NCBI GenBank assembly: GCA_951406725.2
Contig: OX597839.1
Coordinates: 23,560,001 to 23,624,000 of the forward strand
DNA length: 64,000 bases
Direction of reading: 5' to 3'
From: Octopus vulgaris
Taxonomy: Eukaryota
A model generated the notes under the pieces. The model made no database searches and was not told the DNA's origin. It saw only the letters and a program-made list of their open reading frames with translations. Below, in pieces: positions 12,992 through 27,726 of this stretch (position 1 is its first letter; every line of letters starts with the position of its first letter). The translations under genes and the position numbers were made by a program.

Positions 12992-13569
12992 ATACAAACT
13001 ATTAACATGGTTAACAACAATCTAAGTTATATTAATGCCATCTAGAAAAAACACAACAGAAAGGGATCACTTTGAAATCTAAAAATACTGGGATCTCAGA
13101 ACTAAAGCTGACATCCAGAATGTACACACGGGGTTGTCATGGCAGCTTTAAAGGCCCTTTGGATAATGCAATGCATTAGGTGTCTGGGGTTGTAAGAGAT
13201 ATATTTTGTATATGAACTGATGGCAGTCTTAACAGCTTTGAAGTTTTGCCCTACTATGCAGAGTAATCATTGGAACCCCTACATACAAAACTACAACATA
13301 CATTGATTAGGCCTGGGCCCTAACTTCTGTGGAACTCTCAGGGAGCTACTCCAGTGTGCCCTTGTCTTAAAGCAGTTGTGTCTAGAACTTTGTTGAGATA
13401 GACCTTTAAATTTAGATATTTATGGAATTGTTGTACAGTATACTCAAAATTTATATATATACATACACACACACACATACACATATATATATATATACAT
13501 ATATGCACATATATATATATACATACATACATACATATATATATATATACATATATGTACATAGATACA

Positions 13570-13611
<42 letters not shown>

Positions 13612-13648
13612 CCATACATATATACACATATGTATATATATACATACA

Positions 13649-13718
<70 letters not shown>

Positions 13719-13759
13719 CATACACGCACATATATATCATCATCATCACTATCATAAAC

Positions 13760-13805
<46 letters not shown>

Positions 13806-13810
13806 TGTAT

Positions 13811-14225
13811 CATCATCATCATCATCGTTTAACGTCCGCTTTCCATGCTAGCATGGGTTGGACAGGTCAACTGGGGTCTGGGAAGCCCGAAGGCCGCACC
13901 AGGCCCAGTCAGATCTGGCAGTGTTTCTACAGCTGGATGCCCTTCCTAACGTCAACCACTCCGTGAGTGTAGTGGGTGCTTTTTACGTGCCACCGACACA
14001 GGTGCCAGACGGGGCTGACGAACGGCCACGCTCAGAAGGTGCTTTTTACATGCCACCAGCACGGAGGCCAGGCAAGGCTGGCAACAGCCACAATCGGATG
14101 CTGTTTGTTACGTGCCACCGGCTCAGAGGCCAGGCGATGCGGCACTGGCTATGGCCACGTTCAGATGGTTCTCTTACGTGCCACTGGCACTGGTATCACA
14201 AATACAAATTCAATTGATGTTGATC
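13811..14225 (-). mobile_element. RTE-type LINE 3' end
   Basis: (CAT)n CGTTTAACGTCCGCTTTCCATGCTAGCATGGG... with internal GGTGCTTTTTACGTGCCACC repeats. Confidence 0.85.
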
Positions 14226-14490
14226 GATACACACACACACATATATATATGTATGTATATATCTACATGTATTTGTGTTTGTTACCACCTCACACAGAGA
14301 CCAGTGCTGGTTTGTTTATGTCCCTATAACTTACCAGTCCAGCAAAAAAGAGACTGACAGAATAAGTAACAGGCTTAAGAAATAAGCACTGGGTTTAATT
14401 TGTTCAATTAAACCCTTCAAACCAGTACCCCAGCATGGCCGCAGTCCAATGACTGAGACAAGTGAAATATAAAATGTGCACGTATGTATC

Positions 14491-14532
<42 letters not shown>

Positions 14533-14535
<3 letters not shown>

Positions 14536-14795
14536 CAATAAAGGGTTTAGCAACGAATTGCCTTACCACATACCGAATTTAGAAATGGCAGTCAAAGGGT
14601 TATAGCTATTTCTTAGCTATAACCCTTTGACTGCCATTTCTAAATTCGGTATGTGGTAAGGCAATTCGTTGCTAAACCCTTTATTGCTTAGTATTTCTTA
14701 AATTTTCCTCGAATGAGGCTTTTACATGCCGAAGACTACTTGGTGTAATTGATAATTATTCCAAATTAATTAATTTCACCCTTCATTATTACGGA
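14533..14795. mobile_element. Fold-back element in (TA)n with a perfect 76-bp inverted repeat
   Basis: 14533-14608 is the exact reverse complement of 14614-14689 with a 5-nt loop TTTCT, followed by ~105 bp of unique tail; (TA)n on both sides. Confidence 0.75.
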
Positions 14796-14841
14796 TATAT
14801 ATATATATATATATATAAATGCGTGTGTGTGCGTATATATA

Positions 14842-14884
<43 letters not shown>

Positions 14885-14917
14885 GTACATATATATATGT
14901 ATATATGTATGCATGTA

Positions 14918-14963
<46 letters not shown>

Positions 14964-15088
14964 TGCACACACACAAACATACACACTCACACTCAACAGG
15001 CTTCTTTCAGTTTCCGTCTACCAAATCCACTCACAAGGCTTTTGTTGACCTTAGGCTATAGTAGAAGATACTTGCCCAAGGTGCCACG

Positions 15089-15133
<45 letters not shown>

Positions 15134-15260
15134 TATGCATGTATATATGTGTGTGTGTATATATATATACACACACACACACACTCACACATTTAGTTCG
15201 CATTCCTCATCACAAATATTTACATCGTACACATAAACACACAGAAATACATAAACATAT

Positions 15261-15649
15261 TACTCTTTACTCTTTTACTTGTTTCAGTCATTTGACTGCA
15301 GCCATGCTGGAGCACCGCCTTTAGTCGAGCAACTCAACCCCGGGACTTATTCTTTGTGAGCCCAGTACTTATTCTATCGGTCTCTTTTGCCGAACCGCTA
15401 AGTGACGGGGACGTAAACACACAATGGGGGACAAACACAGACACACAAGCACACACACATATATATATATATATATACATATATACGACAGGCTTCTTTC
15501 AGTTTCTGTCTACCAAATCCACTCACAAGGCTTCAGTTGGCCCGAGGCTATAGCAGAAGACACTTGCCCAAGATGCCACGCAGTGGGACTGAACCCGGAA
15601 CCATGTGGTTGGTTAGCAAGCTACTTACCACACGGCCACTCCCGCGCCT
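15261..15649 (-). mobile_element. SINE family A
   Basis: Same sequence with a small internal deletion. Confidence 0.9.
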
Positions 15650-15969
15650 ACATAAAACATATATGTACTTACATATAGACATATATACATTCATACTATC
15701 TATCTATCTACTTATTTATTGTCTATCTGTCTACCTATATATTTGTATGTGTGTGTGTGGGGGGGGGGTGTATACACACACACACACCCATCATAAAACA
15801 GACAACTGACAATAAATTCAGTTACGTTGAAAAATCAACATAATCAAATACATAATTAGCCAAACACAGGAAGTATAAACCACATGTAATTAATGTAAAC
15901 GCGTCTACACAGATGTATATATATAAACTTGCATAAACACACACAAACACACATACATACACGCATACA

Positions 15970-16560
<591 letters not shown>

Positions 16561-17051
16561 CACAGACACAGACACACTGACACACAAGTAGCAAGGTAAC
16601 TAAATGAATTATGCATCATTTCTTGTGGTTTCCTTTGTAGTGGTCTTTGAAAACCTGGTAAAGTTTAGAGGACAATGTGTAAACGGCCATAGTGAACCAC
16701 TTTTACACAGACACACACAATTCCATATATATATATATACACTCAGGTTTATATACACATAAATACATCTTTATATGCAGAGACACAATTTTATGCACAA
16801 ATATATTATTCTATATACATGTGCTTCGTTTTATGCTCAAATAAACACTTTTATACGGATATATAATTTAATAGCCAAATATATAATTATCTATATAAAC
16901 GCACTTTATATATTGATACATAACTGTATATATTTATATAAACAAAATTTTTTACACAAATACTCAATTTTATACATGAATATACAATTTTATACACAAG
17001 TATGCAATTTTATATATACATGCTTATTTTATTCGCAAATATACACATATA

Positions 17052-17457
17052 CGCAGGAGTAGCTGTGTGGTAAGTAACTTGTTTACCAACCACATGGTTC
17101 CGGGTTCAGTCCCACTGTGTGGCACCTTGGGCAAGTGTCTTCTACCATAGCCTCGGGCCGACCAAAGCTTTGTGAGTGGATTTGGTAGACGGAAACTGAA
17201 AGAAGCCCGTCGTATATATGTATATATATATATGCGTGTGTGTGTTTGTGTGTCTGTGTTTGTCCCCCTAGCATTGCTTGACAACCGATGCTGGTGTGTT
17301 TACGTCCCCGTTACTTAACGGTTCGGCAAAAGAGACCGATAGAATAAGTACTGGGCTTACAAAAGAATAAGTACCGGGGTCGAGTTGCTCGATTAAAGGC
17401 GGTGCTCCAGCATGGCCACAGTCAAATGACTGAAACAAGTAAAAGAGTAAAGAGTAA
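17052..17457 (+). mobile_element. SINE family A
   Basis: Full length with tail. Confidence 0.92.
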
Positions 17458-17989
17458 AGGGAGAGTATATATATGCGTATACAATCTTAGACATGAATGA
17501 GTAATTTTTCCACAGATGCACCATTCTATTTACACATATATAAGTTTATATACAAATATACCCAAGTATACAATTATATTTACTCACACTCAATTTTGTT
17601 CACAAATATACACATTCATACACATACAGAAGTTTAGACATATATATATATATAAATACAGTTTTTACAGATATACACAAGTTTAAGCACAGATATACTT
17701 TATACACAAATATACACAAACACAACTTTATACACAAATATACAGCCTGATATACAATCTTATATACGTATACAATTTTAGATATAAATATATAATTTTT
17801 CCACACAGATATAAACAAAGTTTTATATACAGAAAATTTTATACAGAAATATGTGCAGGTGTGGCTGTGTGGTAGGAAGCTGGCTTCTCAGCCCACTGCG
17901 TATCACCTTGGGCAAGTGTCTTCCACTATAGCCTCGGGCCAACCAAGGCCTTGTGAGTCAATCTGGTTGAAAGAAGCCCATCGTATATA

Positions 17990-18073
<84 letters not shown>

Positions 18074-18099
18074 TATATGTATATATATTGTATATATAT

Positions 18100-18132
<33 letters not shown>

Positions 18133-19470
18133 GTTTAGCATCCGCTTTCCATGCTGGCATGGGTTGGACAATTCAACTGGGGTCTGGGAAGCCAGAAGGC
18201 TGCACCAGGCCCAGTCTGATCTGGCAATGTTTCTACGGCTGGATGCCCTTCCTAACGCCAACCACTCCATGAGTGTAGTGGGTGCTTTTTACGTGCCAGA
18301 CGAGGCTGGCAAACAGCCACAATCGGATGGTGCTTTTTATGTGCCACTGGCACGGGGGCCCAGACGAGACTGGCAATGGCCACGTTCGGATGGTTCTCTT
18401 ACGTGCCCCCGGCACTGGTTTCACAGCTGCAATTTCTATTGATGTTGATCGATTTCGATTTTGATTTCGATTCTGATCCTCACTTGCCTCAACAGGTCTT
18501 CACAAGTAGAGTTTTGTGTCCCAAGAAGGAAAGGTATGCATAAGTGGACCAGCTACATCCCAGGTAGAGGCCACGGGTTATGGTCTCACTTGTCCTGCCG
18601 GGTCTTCTCACACACAGCATACTTCCAAAGGTCTCGGTCTCTAGACATTTCCTCGGTGAGACCTAAAGTTCGAAGGTTGTGCTTCACCACCTCATACCAG
18701 GTTTTCCTGGGTCTGCCTCTTCCACAGGTTCCCTCAACCGCTAGGGTGTGGCACTTTTCCACACAACTATCTTCATCCATTCTCACCACATGACCATACC
18801 AGTGCAAACGTCTCTCTTGTGCACCACAACTGATGCCTCTTAGGTCCAACTTTTCTCTCAAGTTGAGTATGAACACTGACATTACACATCCATCGGAGCA
18901 TACTGGCTTCATTTCAGCAGTCACAGGCCATGTTTCACTGCCATGTAGCATGGCTGTTCATACACATGCGTCATACAGTCCGCGTTTTACTCTGAGCAAG
19001 AGACCCTTTGTCACCAGCAGCAGTAAGAGCTCGCTGAACTTTGCCCAGGCTATTCTTACTCTAGCAGTTACACATTCAGCACACCCGCCCCCGCTACTGA
19101 CTTGATCACCTAGGTAACAGAAGCTATCAACTACTTCTAGTTTTTCTTCCCGGAATGTGGCGGAAGTTGGTCTCTGCATGTTTCCAGTGTTTATTGCTCC
19201 TGAGCATCTGCCACAGACAAAAACTATCTTCCCAGTTAGCCTTCCTTTGATATTACTGCACCTCTTATGTGTCCATAGAGTGGTGCATCTTATAGAGTTT
19301 CTACCTACGCCTCTTGGTACATCTTATAGAGTTTCTACCTACGCCTCTACTACAGATCGAGCAGGGCCATCTACCTGAAGGGATTTGTGGTTTGCCTGCC
19401 TTCCTACTTATTAGGACTTTGGTTTTAGCTAGGTTGACTCTAAGGCCCTTCGATTCTAATCCTTGCTTCC
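18100..19470 (-). mobile_element. 5'-truncated RTE-clade LINE (end of RT, C-terminus and 3' UTR)
   Basis: LEVVDSFCYLGDQVSSGGG...ARVRIAWAKF, MLHGSETW, RRLHWYGHVVRM...EGTCGRGRPRKTW; frameshifted; (ATG)n tail. Confidence 0.92.
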
Positions 19471-19488
19471 AACAATTTTATACACAAA

Positions 19489-19760
19489 CTAGCAGTATCG
19501 CCCGGCGTTGCTCAGGTTTGTAAGGGAAATAACTATAAAGCATTTTTAGAGAGTTATAGCAAAAAAATGGAAAAAAATTTTTGCGTCCCCTAGACAGTTT
19601 GCGGTTTGTGTTTCTGATTCTCGACCCCATGTCGAATTTATCGATTTTTTTCAGAACTGGGGGAACTTTTCAAAATTTTCGCTGCGTTAGTTTTGAATTA
19701 TGACATTGGGCTATGCGTGTGTCAAGTTTCATCAGAATCGGTTGAAAGCCGTGTTCATAA
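19489..19760 (-). mobile_element. Non-autonomous Helitron, 3' part
   Basis: Reverse complement ends CCTGAGCAACGCCGGGCGATACTG-CTAG-T (hairpin plus CTAG); same 3' end as 57820-58373. Confidence 0.8.
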
Positions 19761-19779
19761 ATATGTAATTTAATACACT

Positions 19780-20061
19780 GGCACATAGCTCAGTGGTTAG
19801 AGTGTCAGACTCACAATCATGAGGTAGTGAGTTCAATTCCTGGACCAGGCTTTGTGTTATTTCACATTGCTCCAGTTCACTCAGCTGTAGAAATGACTTA
19901 TGATGTCACTGGTGTCAAGCAGTATCGGTCCCTTTGCCTTTCTTTTGGGTAACATTGGAGAGGGGAGGCTGGTATGCATGGTGTCCAAACTTGTGCTTTC
20001 GAGGGGAAATTTCTAGGTGCAATCCCATGGTCTTTCATGACTGAAGGGGGTCTTTACCCTT
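19780..20061 (+). mobile_element. tRNA-derived SINE family B
   Basis: A box TAGCTCAGTGG, B box GAGTTCAATTCC; TTGCTCCAGTTCACTCAGCTGTAGAAATG body. Confidence 0.85.
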
Positions 20062-20096
20062 ATAGAATATTTGTAGTGTATGTGTGTGTGTAGTGA

Positions 20097-20432
20097 AGGT
20101 GCATGGTTCAGTGGTTAGAGCATTGGGCTCTCAATCATGAGGTAATGAGTTCAATTCCTGGGCCAGGCTGTGTGTTGTGTTCTTGAGCAAGACACTTTAT
20201 ATCATGTTGCTCCAGTTTACTCACTTGTAGAAATGAGTTGCAGCCTCACAGGTGCCAAGCTGCATCAGTCTCTGCCTTTCTCTTGGATAACATCAGTGGT
20301 GAGGAGAGGGAGAGGCTGGTATGCATGGTCGACTGCTGGTCTTCCATAAACAATCTTGCCTGGTTTGTGCCTCGGAGGGGAACTTCCTAGGTGCAAATTC
20401 ATTGTCCTTCATGACCAAAGGGGGCTCTTTAC
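20097..20432 (+). mobile_element. SINE family B
   Basis: A/B boxes plus TTCTTGAGCAAGACACTT conserved-domain-like core. Confidence 0.87.
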
Positions 20433-20528
20433 ATAAATTAAATTTTATACAGAAACAAATTTCACACAGATACACGTACCTTCACACAATAATACACACT
20501 ACTACATAAACGCACACATATGTACCAC

Positions 20529-20573
<45 letters not shown>

Positions 20574-20811
20574 ACACACACACACACAGAAGCAGATATA
20601 TTTGCATTAAAGAGGGTTTTTAAAAGAGAAATTGCTTCAGAAATCTTGGATTAGACCAAGTCTAAATCACATGAGTCTGTTATAAGACATGGTAACAAAG
20701 CGATGGGACTAGAAGCCTATGGTATATTGATTTTGGAGGGGAATTCTATGGAAACAACTGGAATTATTGGGACATCTGTGAAGTACAGAAAGTACAGGGG
20801 ATCATCATTAG

Positions 20812-20970
20812 TAATCCTCTCTACTAAAGGCACAAGGCTTGAAATTTTGACCCTAGTATTTCACTGGTACTTGATTTATTGATTCTGAAAGGATGAAAGG
20901 CAAAGTGGACTTTGGTGGAATTTGAACTCAGAAGATGAGGACGGACGAAATGCTGCTAAGCAGTTTATCG
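20812..20970 (-). mobile_element. SINE family C (Nin-domain-like), decayed
   Basis: GAAAGGATGAAAGGCAAAGT..GAATTTGAACTCAG. Confidence 0.75.
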
Positions 20971-21322
20971 GTCATTATTGGTCATTATTTCTACCAGCTC
21001 TAGAAATAATGGCAACAGCACCACTAAAACTAACACCAGTACTACTACTACTACCAACACCTCCAAGAACACTACCTCCACCACCACCACCAATGCCACT
21101 TCCACCACCTTTAACGCTACCTCTACCACCACCAACGCTACCTCCACCACCTTTAACATTACCTCCACCAGCACCAACACTATCTCCATCAACAGCAATA
21201 CTACCACCAAAACCACAGCAACACTTTCAACAACAATACTACTACTACTACCACTACTACTACTACTACTACTACTATTACTATTACTACAGCTACTACA
21301 GCTGCTACTACTACTATTGCTG

Positions 21323-21356
<34 letters not shown>

Positions 21357-21812
21357 AGCTGCTGTAGTGAAGTTGCTGCTGCTACTACTACTACTACTAC
21401 TACTACTATTCTACCCCCAGCAACAACACCAACATTGCCACCTCCTCAAGAAGCAAATGAAGGGAACATTGTACAATCCCACCCCACCCCACCCCACCCC
21501 CACCATACCCCGTCCCACCCACCTTCTAGAAATATCATCTGCTACCATCTTCGAAGAGTCAGAATATATTCTTGAATCTAGTCTTAAGATATAATCCTAG
21601 ATCTGGAAATATCAATAGGGATATGATCACTTCTGTAATCCATTTCATAATTGATCCCTTTGATCTGGATTAGTGTGATCCCCACCAATAACCACACCAC
21701 ATCACATGACAACCCCTTTATTTACTCCAGTACAATATCATATATACCCTATATTTACTATGGTACAATAATTATATATATATATATACACACACCACAC
21801 ACGACAATACAA

Positions 21813-21855
<43 letters not shown>

Positions 21856-22159
21856 TGTTCAGTACAATGCACACACACACACACACACACGTTATACAGG
21901 TATAGGCAAGGGTGGCTGTGTGGTAAGAAGTTTGCTTCCCAACCACATGGTTCTGGGTTCAATCCCACTGTGTGGCACCTCAGGCAAGTATCTTCTACTA
22001 TAGACTCAGGCCAACAGAAGCCCTGTGAGTAGATTTAGTAAATGGAAACTGAAAGAAGCCCATCGCGTGTGTATATATTCTTTTATTCTTTTATTTGTTT
22101 CAGTCATTTGACTGCAGCCATGCTGGAGCACTGCATTTAGTCGAACAAATTAACCCCAG

Positions 22160-23109
22160 GAAAGATTATCACCCTGAAAGATTGTGTTTCCCTCCAGAAA
22201 CAGTTCTGCAATCATAGAATAAATTTGATTAGATAAAATGCTTAAATAGCCTTGACTATTAGTTCTGCCATGAAGGGAAACCATTGGGTCAGCAGATTTC
22301 TAAGATATAGCCACCCAGATCATCACAGATCCTCCTCCATGTTTAACAGTTGGAAGAAGGCAGTCTGGTCCAAATGCTTCTTTTGGTGCTGTCTCCACAT
22401 GTATACTTGGCCAGTGGTTGGAGATAGGGCAAAGGATGACTCGTCCAAGAAAATAACATTCTTCCACTGCTCTAGGGATCAAATCTGTAGGTTTTTACTC
22501 CACTTTAAATGCTTTGCAATGTTTGTTTTTGAAGGTAGTGATTTTCTGATTGCAACCCTCCCATGAAATCCGGCTTTGTGCAGCTCCTGGCGAACAGTTT
22601 TTATGGGAACTGGGTTCTCGAGGTGGTCATTAAGCACTGCAGTAATTTTGGGATCTGTACTTTTATAATCCTTTCAAACAATTCACGGTAAGAGTCTGAT
22701 GGTCCCTATCTCAAAGTTTTGGTTTTCTTCTGGAGTTTTTCCCTCTTTCTCAAAGGTTGTCATTACTTTTGAGACAGTACTTCTTAATTCTTTATTGCCC
22801 ACAAGGGGCTAAACAAAGAGGGGACAAACAAGGACAGACAAAGGGATTAAGTCGATTACAATGACCCCAATGCGTAACTGGTACTTAATTTATTGACCCC
22901 GAAAGGATGAAAGGCAAAGTCGACCTTGGCAGAATTTGAACTCAGAATGTAATGGCAGACAAAATACCGCTAAGCATTTCGCCCGGCATGTTAACGTTTC
23001 AGCTAGTACTTCTTGATACACCAAACATTTCAGCTGTTTTTGTTATGCTAGCACCTGCCACAAGGGCACCAACAATCTGACCTCTTTGAAAGTCCAATAG
23101 ATCTGTCAT
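22160..23109 (-). pseudogene. Tc1-like transposase relic with a SINE insertion
   Basis: MTDLLDFQRGQIVGA..AGASITKTAEMFGVSRSTVSK starting at 23109; CLLPTVKHGGGSVMIW. Confidence 0.85.
22786..23004 (-). mobile_element. SINE family C
   Basis: 10-bp TSD AGTACTTCTT (22776-22785 / 23005-23014); GTCGACTTTGCCTTTCATCCTTTCGGGGTC core on the minus strand. Confidence 0.9.
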
Positions 23110-23339
23110 TTTAATTAATTTTAATTATCTTTTTCTGGTGATATCAAAGAAAGCAATTTTATCAAAGTAACACTAACAGTATGATCACCATGTTGCACAG
23201 ATATGTTTGGGATGCATGTGCCCTTATCAGACGGGTAATCATGATGGGTATACTGGGTTTCATATATTTGTACCCCAGTGTCACTTTTGATGGCAAGAAC
23301 TGCTCTTTCACTCAATAATAATAATAATAATAATGACAA

Positions 23340-23548
23340 TAATCCTTTCTATTCAAGGCACAAAGCTTGAAATTTGTGAGAAGGGGATTAGTTGATTTCA
23401 TCAACCCTAATTCATAACTGGTACTTATTTCACCAATCCTGAAAGGATGAAAAGCAAAGTTGATCTTGGCAGAATTTGAACTCAGAAATGTAAAGATGGG
23501 ATGAGATGCTGCTAGGCCTTTTGCTCAGTGTGCTAAGCATTCTGCCAA
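23340..23548 (-). mobile_element. SINE family C, decayed
   Basis: Same core. Confidence 0.75.
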
Positions 23549-23789
23549 ATAACAACAACTGAAACAACAAGAACAACAAGAACAACAATAACGGTGACAA
23601 CAACAACATCAATAACTGCATGTGTTTGTCAGCAGCAAATTAAACCTCAGGAAGAGCGAGAAGATGATAAGCTTCTCATGTTGTTGTCCGACCTTCAAAA
23701 AATAGCAGCCAAATCTAACATCCATCACATCCAACAACAACAACAGGAAGATTAATAACAAGATCAGCATTATTAGTAATATTACAAAA

Positions 23790-24054
23790 TATCACCACAA
23801 CACAACTACCACCACCACCACCACAACCACCAACACAACCACTACTACCACCACCACAACCACCACTACCACCACCACCACCACCACTACAACCACCACT
23901 ACAACCACCACTACCACCACCACACCACCACCACCACCACCACCACACCACCACCACACACCACCACAACCACCACTACCACCACCACAACCACCACCAC
24001 TACCACCACCACAACCACCACTACTAACATCATCATCACAATCACCATCGTCAC

Positions 24055-24089
<35 letters not shown>

Positions 24090-24388
24090 CCATCACCATC
24101 ATCGTCTATATGATGACCTCTGACCCCAATCCCTCCGTTGCATGTCCAAGCCATTCCAGTCCGAACACTCCCACAGCAACAAGCTGACGTGTTTTAATGT
24201 TGAAACCAGATAAAAAGAGAAAAACAAGATAAACCAACCGCAGGCAGGATTAACAAGGATTAGTGATGGTGGTGGTGGTGGTGGTGGTGGTGGTAGCGTT
24301 TGTGGCAGTGATGATGATGGCAGTAGTGATGGAGGTTGTGGTGGTGTTGGTGATGGTAGCAGCAGTGGTGGTAATGGCAGTGATGATT

Positions 24389-24429
<41 letters not shown>

Positions 24430-24689
24430 TGTAGTAGTAGTAGTAGTAGTTGTTGTAGTAGTAGTAGTAGTAGTAGTAGTAGTTGTTGTTGTAGTAGTAG
24501 TGGTGGTGATGTTGGTGATGGTAACAGCAGTGGTGGTAATGGCAGTGATGATTGTAGTAGTAGTAGTAGTAGTAGTTGTTGTTGTAGTAGTAGTAGTTGT
24601 TGTTGTTGTAGTAGTAGTAGTTGTAGTAGTAGTAGTAGTAGTAGGTGTTGGTGATGGTAGCAGCAGTGGTGGTAATGGCAGTGATGATT

Positions 24690-24724
<35 letters not shown>

Positions 24725-24760
24725 GTTGGTGGTGTTGGTGGTGGTGACAACTGTAGTAGC
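23790..24760. repeat. Trinucleotide low-complexity tracts (CCA/CAT, then GTA/GTG) with internal block duplications
   Basis: Direct inspection. Confidence 0.9.
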
Positions 24761-24779
24761 ACCAGCAGTATCTCCAAGT

Positions 24780-25150
24780 TGTCTGTTCCTAATATATATT
24801 TTCCTGATTGGATGTCGTAGAAGCAAATCCTTGCTCAGTACAAAACCTCGCTCCCCGTCTGCCCCATCCAGCCTTCTCGCACCTGACCATTCTTATGCAA
24901 GCACCTGTTCTGCGTGTGCACCTGTTCTGCGTGTGCACCTGTTCTGCATGTGTGTGTGTGTGCGTGTGTGTGTCGTGACGGTTTAGATGCATCTGTTGAT
25001 GGTATTGCTTTCATTTATGGTTATCCCGCTGGATTTACGACCAACAAACTTTACTTTTATCCACGCGAGAAGATTTTATTAAACCATTTAAGACAGGTAA
25101 AAACACCAGAATCCTTACCTTGAAATCTGCCTTATTCACACGCAGGTATA
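24780..25150. promoter_or_regulatory. Candidate regulatory segment with clustered CACCTG E-boxes
   Basis: CACCTG at 24880, 24902, 24919 and 24936; reverse CCAAT at ~24807; unique, CpG-retaining sequence. Confidence 0.25.
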
Positions 25151-25859
25151 CAGATGCACGCACGCATGCACACAGACACACACACACACACATAAATACA
25201 TACACAAATACACGCAAGTATACACACATGTATACCTACACACACACACACAAACATATATGCAAACACACATACACACACTCACGTGTATACAGACACG
25301 TGTATACACACACACCTACATACATATACATAGATATACACACACAGACACTCACAAACCACATGTATACACACATGCACACACACATACATCTGTACCT
25401 ATATAAATATATTTATATACACACACACACACACACATAAATACATACACAAATACACACAAGTATACACACACATGTATACCTACACACAGACACACAA
25501 ACATATATGCAAACACACATACACACACTCACGTGTATACAGACACGTGTGTATACACACACACCTACATGCATATAAATACACATGCACACACAGACAC
25601 ATGCATACACAGATATACACACACTGACACTCACAAACCATATGTATACACACATGCACACATACATACATCTGTACCTATATAAATATATTTATATACA
25701 CACACATAGATGCTCACATATACATACACATGCATGCATGCATGCATTCACGCATGATTGCACACTCACTGATTTATATGTATTTTCTATTTATCTTTTA
25801 ATTTTCTATCACTTTTGGTGAGGAATGGTGTTCCTGGTTTGAGATTTCTCCAAAGCCCT

Positions 25860-26245
25860 AATTCCTGGGTTGACTGCATTTTTGGCAAAGAGTCAGAACT
25901 GAGACTACTTGGGGTTTGCTGTGTTTGAAAAGACCTGTAAAAGTAAGTAAAAGCATGGTTGCCCTTGCATACAGGCCTGTCCCCTGTAGCTCTCTCCAGC
26001 TGAGCATCCCTAATCTTGCAGGCTCATAAGTGTTGGGGGCCACATAAAATGCACCTGTGTTGGTGCTGTGTACAAACACGCAATACTTTTAGTAAAGTGG
26101 TTGGCGTTAAGAAGGGCATCCAGCCATAGAAACCATGCCAAACTAGACATGGAGCCTGAACAGCCCTTCAGTTGGTCAGCTCCTGTTAAACCATCTGACC
26201 CATGCCAGCATGGAAAACAGACGTTTAATGATGATGATGATGATG
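25860..26245 (+). mobile_element. RTE-type LINE 3' end, decayed
   Basis: GGCGTTAAGAAGGGCATCCAGCC...CCATGCCAGCATGGAAAACAGACGTTTAATGATGATG. Confidence 0.75.
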
Positions 26246-26602
26246 CTGGAATGGGAGCACCGGTACAACAGGGGCAAAACAAATACCACAAGATATTTTT
26301 GTTTGAAAGTATTGGTTTATCAGTATCTTTACTGATGTTTACAACTTTTGCCATATACATCACTGAGAAATGGACACACACACACATGCACGCACACACA
26401 CGCACACACAGCTAAATGTGGTTTGGCTGTGTGGTAAGAAGCTTACTTCCCAACACATGGTTCTGGTTTCAGTCCCACTGCATGGCACCTTGGACAAGTC
26501 TCTTCTTCCATAGTCTTGAGCTGACTAAAACATATGAGTAGGTTTGATAGATGGAAGCTAAAATAAACCCATCATATACATACACACACACACACACACA
26601 TA

Positions 26603-26654
<52 letters not shown>

Positions 26655-27310
26655 CTAGCATTAAAGACCCGTCGTTGCCGGGTCATAGTGCTAGTGCATG
26701 TATATATGTGTATATATATGTGTACATATTACATGTACATCTATATATACATCTACACATAAAATACAAAATACAAAGTTATATCTTGATATCGCTAGTG
26801 ATAACAATACTGAAAATATATAACAGACTGGAATTGTAGGACTATTCCATTTCTGCACACTAATTTTATTTTTAATTTATTCCCATTCATGTGAAACCAC
26901 TTATTCAAGTTCAAGTCATTGATGCAATTTTATACCAATTGCTATTTTTACTTTTGTTATGTTATGATTATATTATACTTTAGTTTGATTTTAATTATTA
27001 CTTACTACATATAATTCAATTGTTATTATTATCTCTAATTTTTATTGTTAAAATAGAGAAATGTTTTTGTTTCACTTTTAACACGTAATACTGAAATAGT
27101 GCAGAATATATGATATTGCTATGGGCTCGCCCTAGGCAAAAAGTTAAAATTTTTTTTGCCGATTACACTTCCCGGACCCTAAGTAAGGCATGTGTAAATT
27201 TGAATGAAATTGGTTGTGTAGTTCTCAAGTTTTAGGGAAACACACAGACATACAGACAGACAGACAGACAGATAGACAGACATACATTCTCAGTTTTATA
27301 TATATAGAGA
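26655..27310 (-). mobile_element. Non-autonomous Helitron, both ends present
   Basis: Minus strand: A|TCTCTATATATATAAAACTG ... GACCCGGCAACGACGGGTC hairpin ... CTAG|T; no TSD. Confidence 0.85.
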
Positions 27311-27313
27311 TAT

Positions 27314-27726
27314 AGGCGCAGGAGTGGCTGTGTGGTAAGTAGCTTGTTTACCAACCACATGGTTCCGGGTTCAGTCCCACTGCATGGCACCTTGGGCAGG
27401 TGTCTTCTACTATAGCCTTGGGCCGACCAAAGCCTTGTGAGTGGATTTGGTAGACGGAAACTGAAAGAAGCCTGTCGTATATATGTATGTATATATATAT
27501 ATGTATGTGTGTGTTTGTGTGTCTGTGTTTGTCCCCCTAGCATTGCTTGACAACCGGTGCTGGTGTGTTCATGTCCCTGTTACTTAGCTTTTTGGCAAAA
27601 GAGACCGTTAGAATAAGTACTGGGCTTACAAAAGAATAAGTCTCGGGGTCAAGTTGCTCAATTAAAGGCGGTGCTCCAGCATGGCCGCAGTCAAATGACT
27701 GAAACAAGTAAAAGAGTAAAAGAGTA
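27314..27726 (+). mobile_element. SINE family A
   Basis: Full length. Confidence 0.92.

Noticed and set aside
14706-14745. Hammerhead-like CTCGAATGA-GGC..GCC-GAAG in the fold-back tail
   Set aside because: Both core boxes deviate and no stem I or III can be formed
20922-21575. 217-aa Pro/Tyr/Thr-rich ORF
   Set aside because: Starts inside a SINE C copy and runs through trinucleotide repeats
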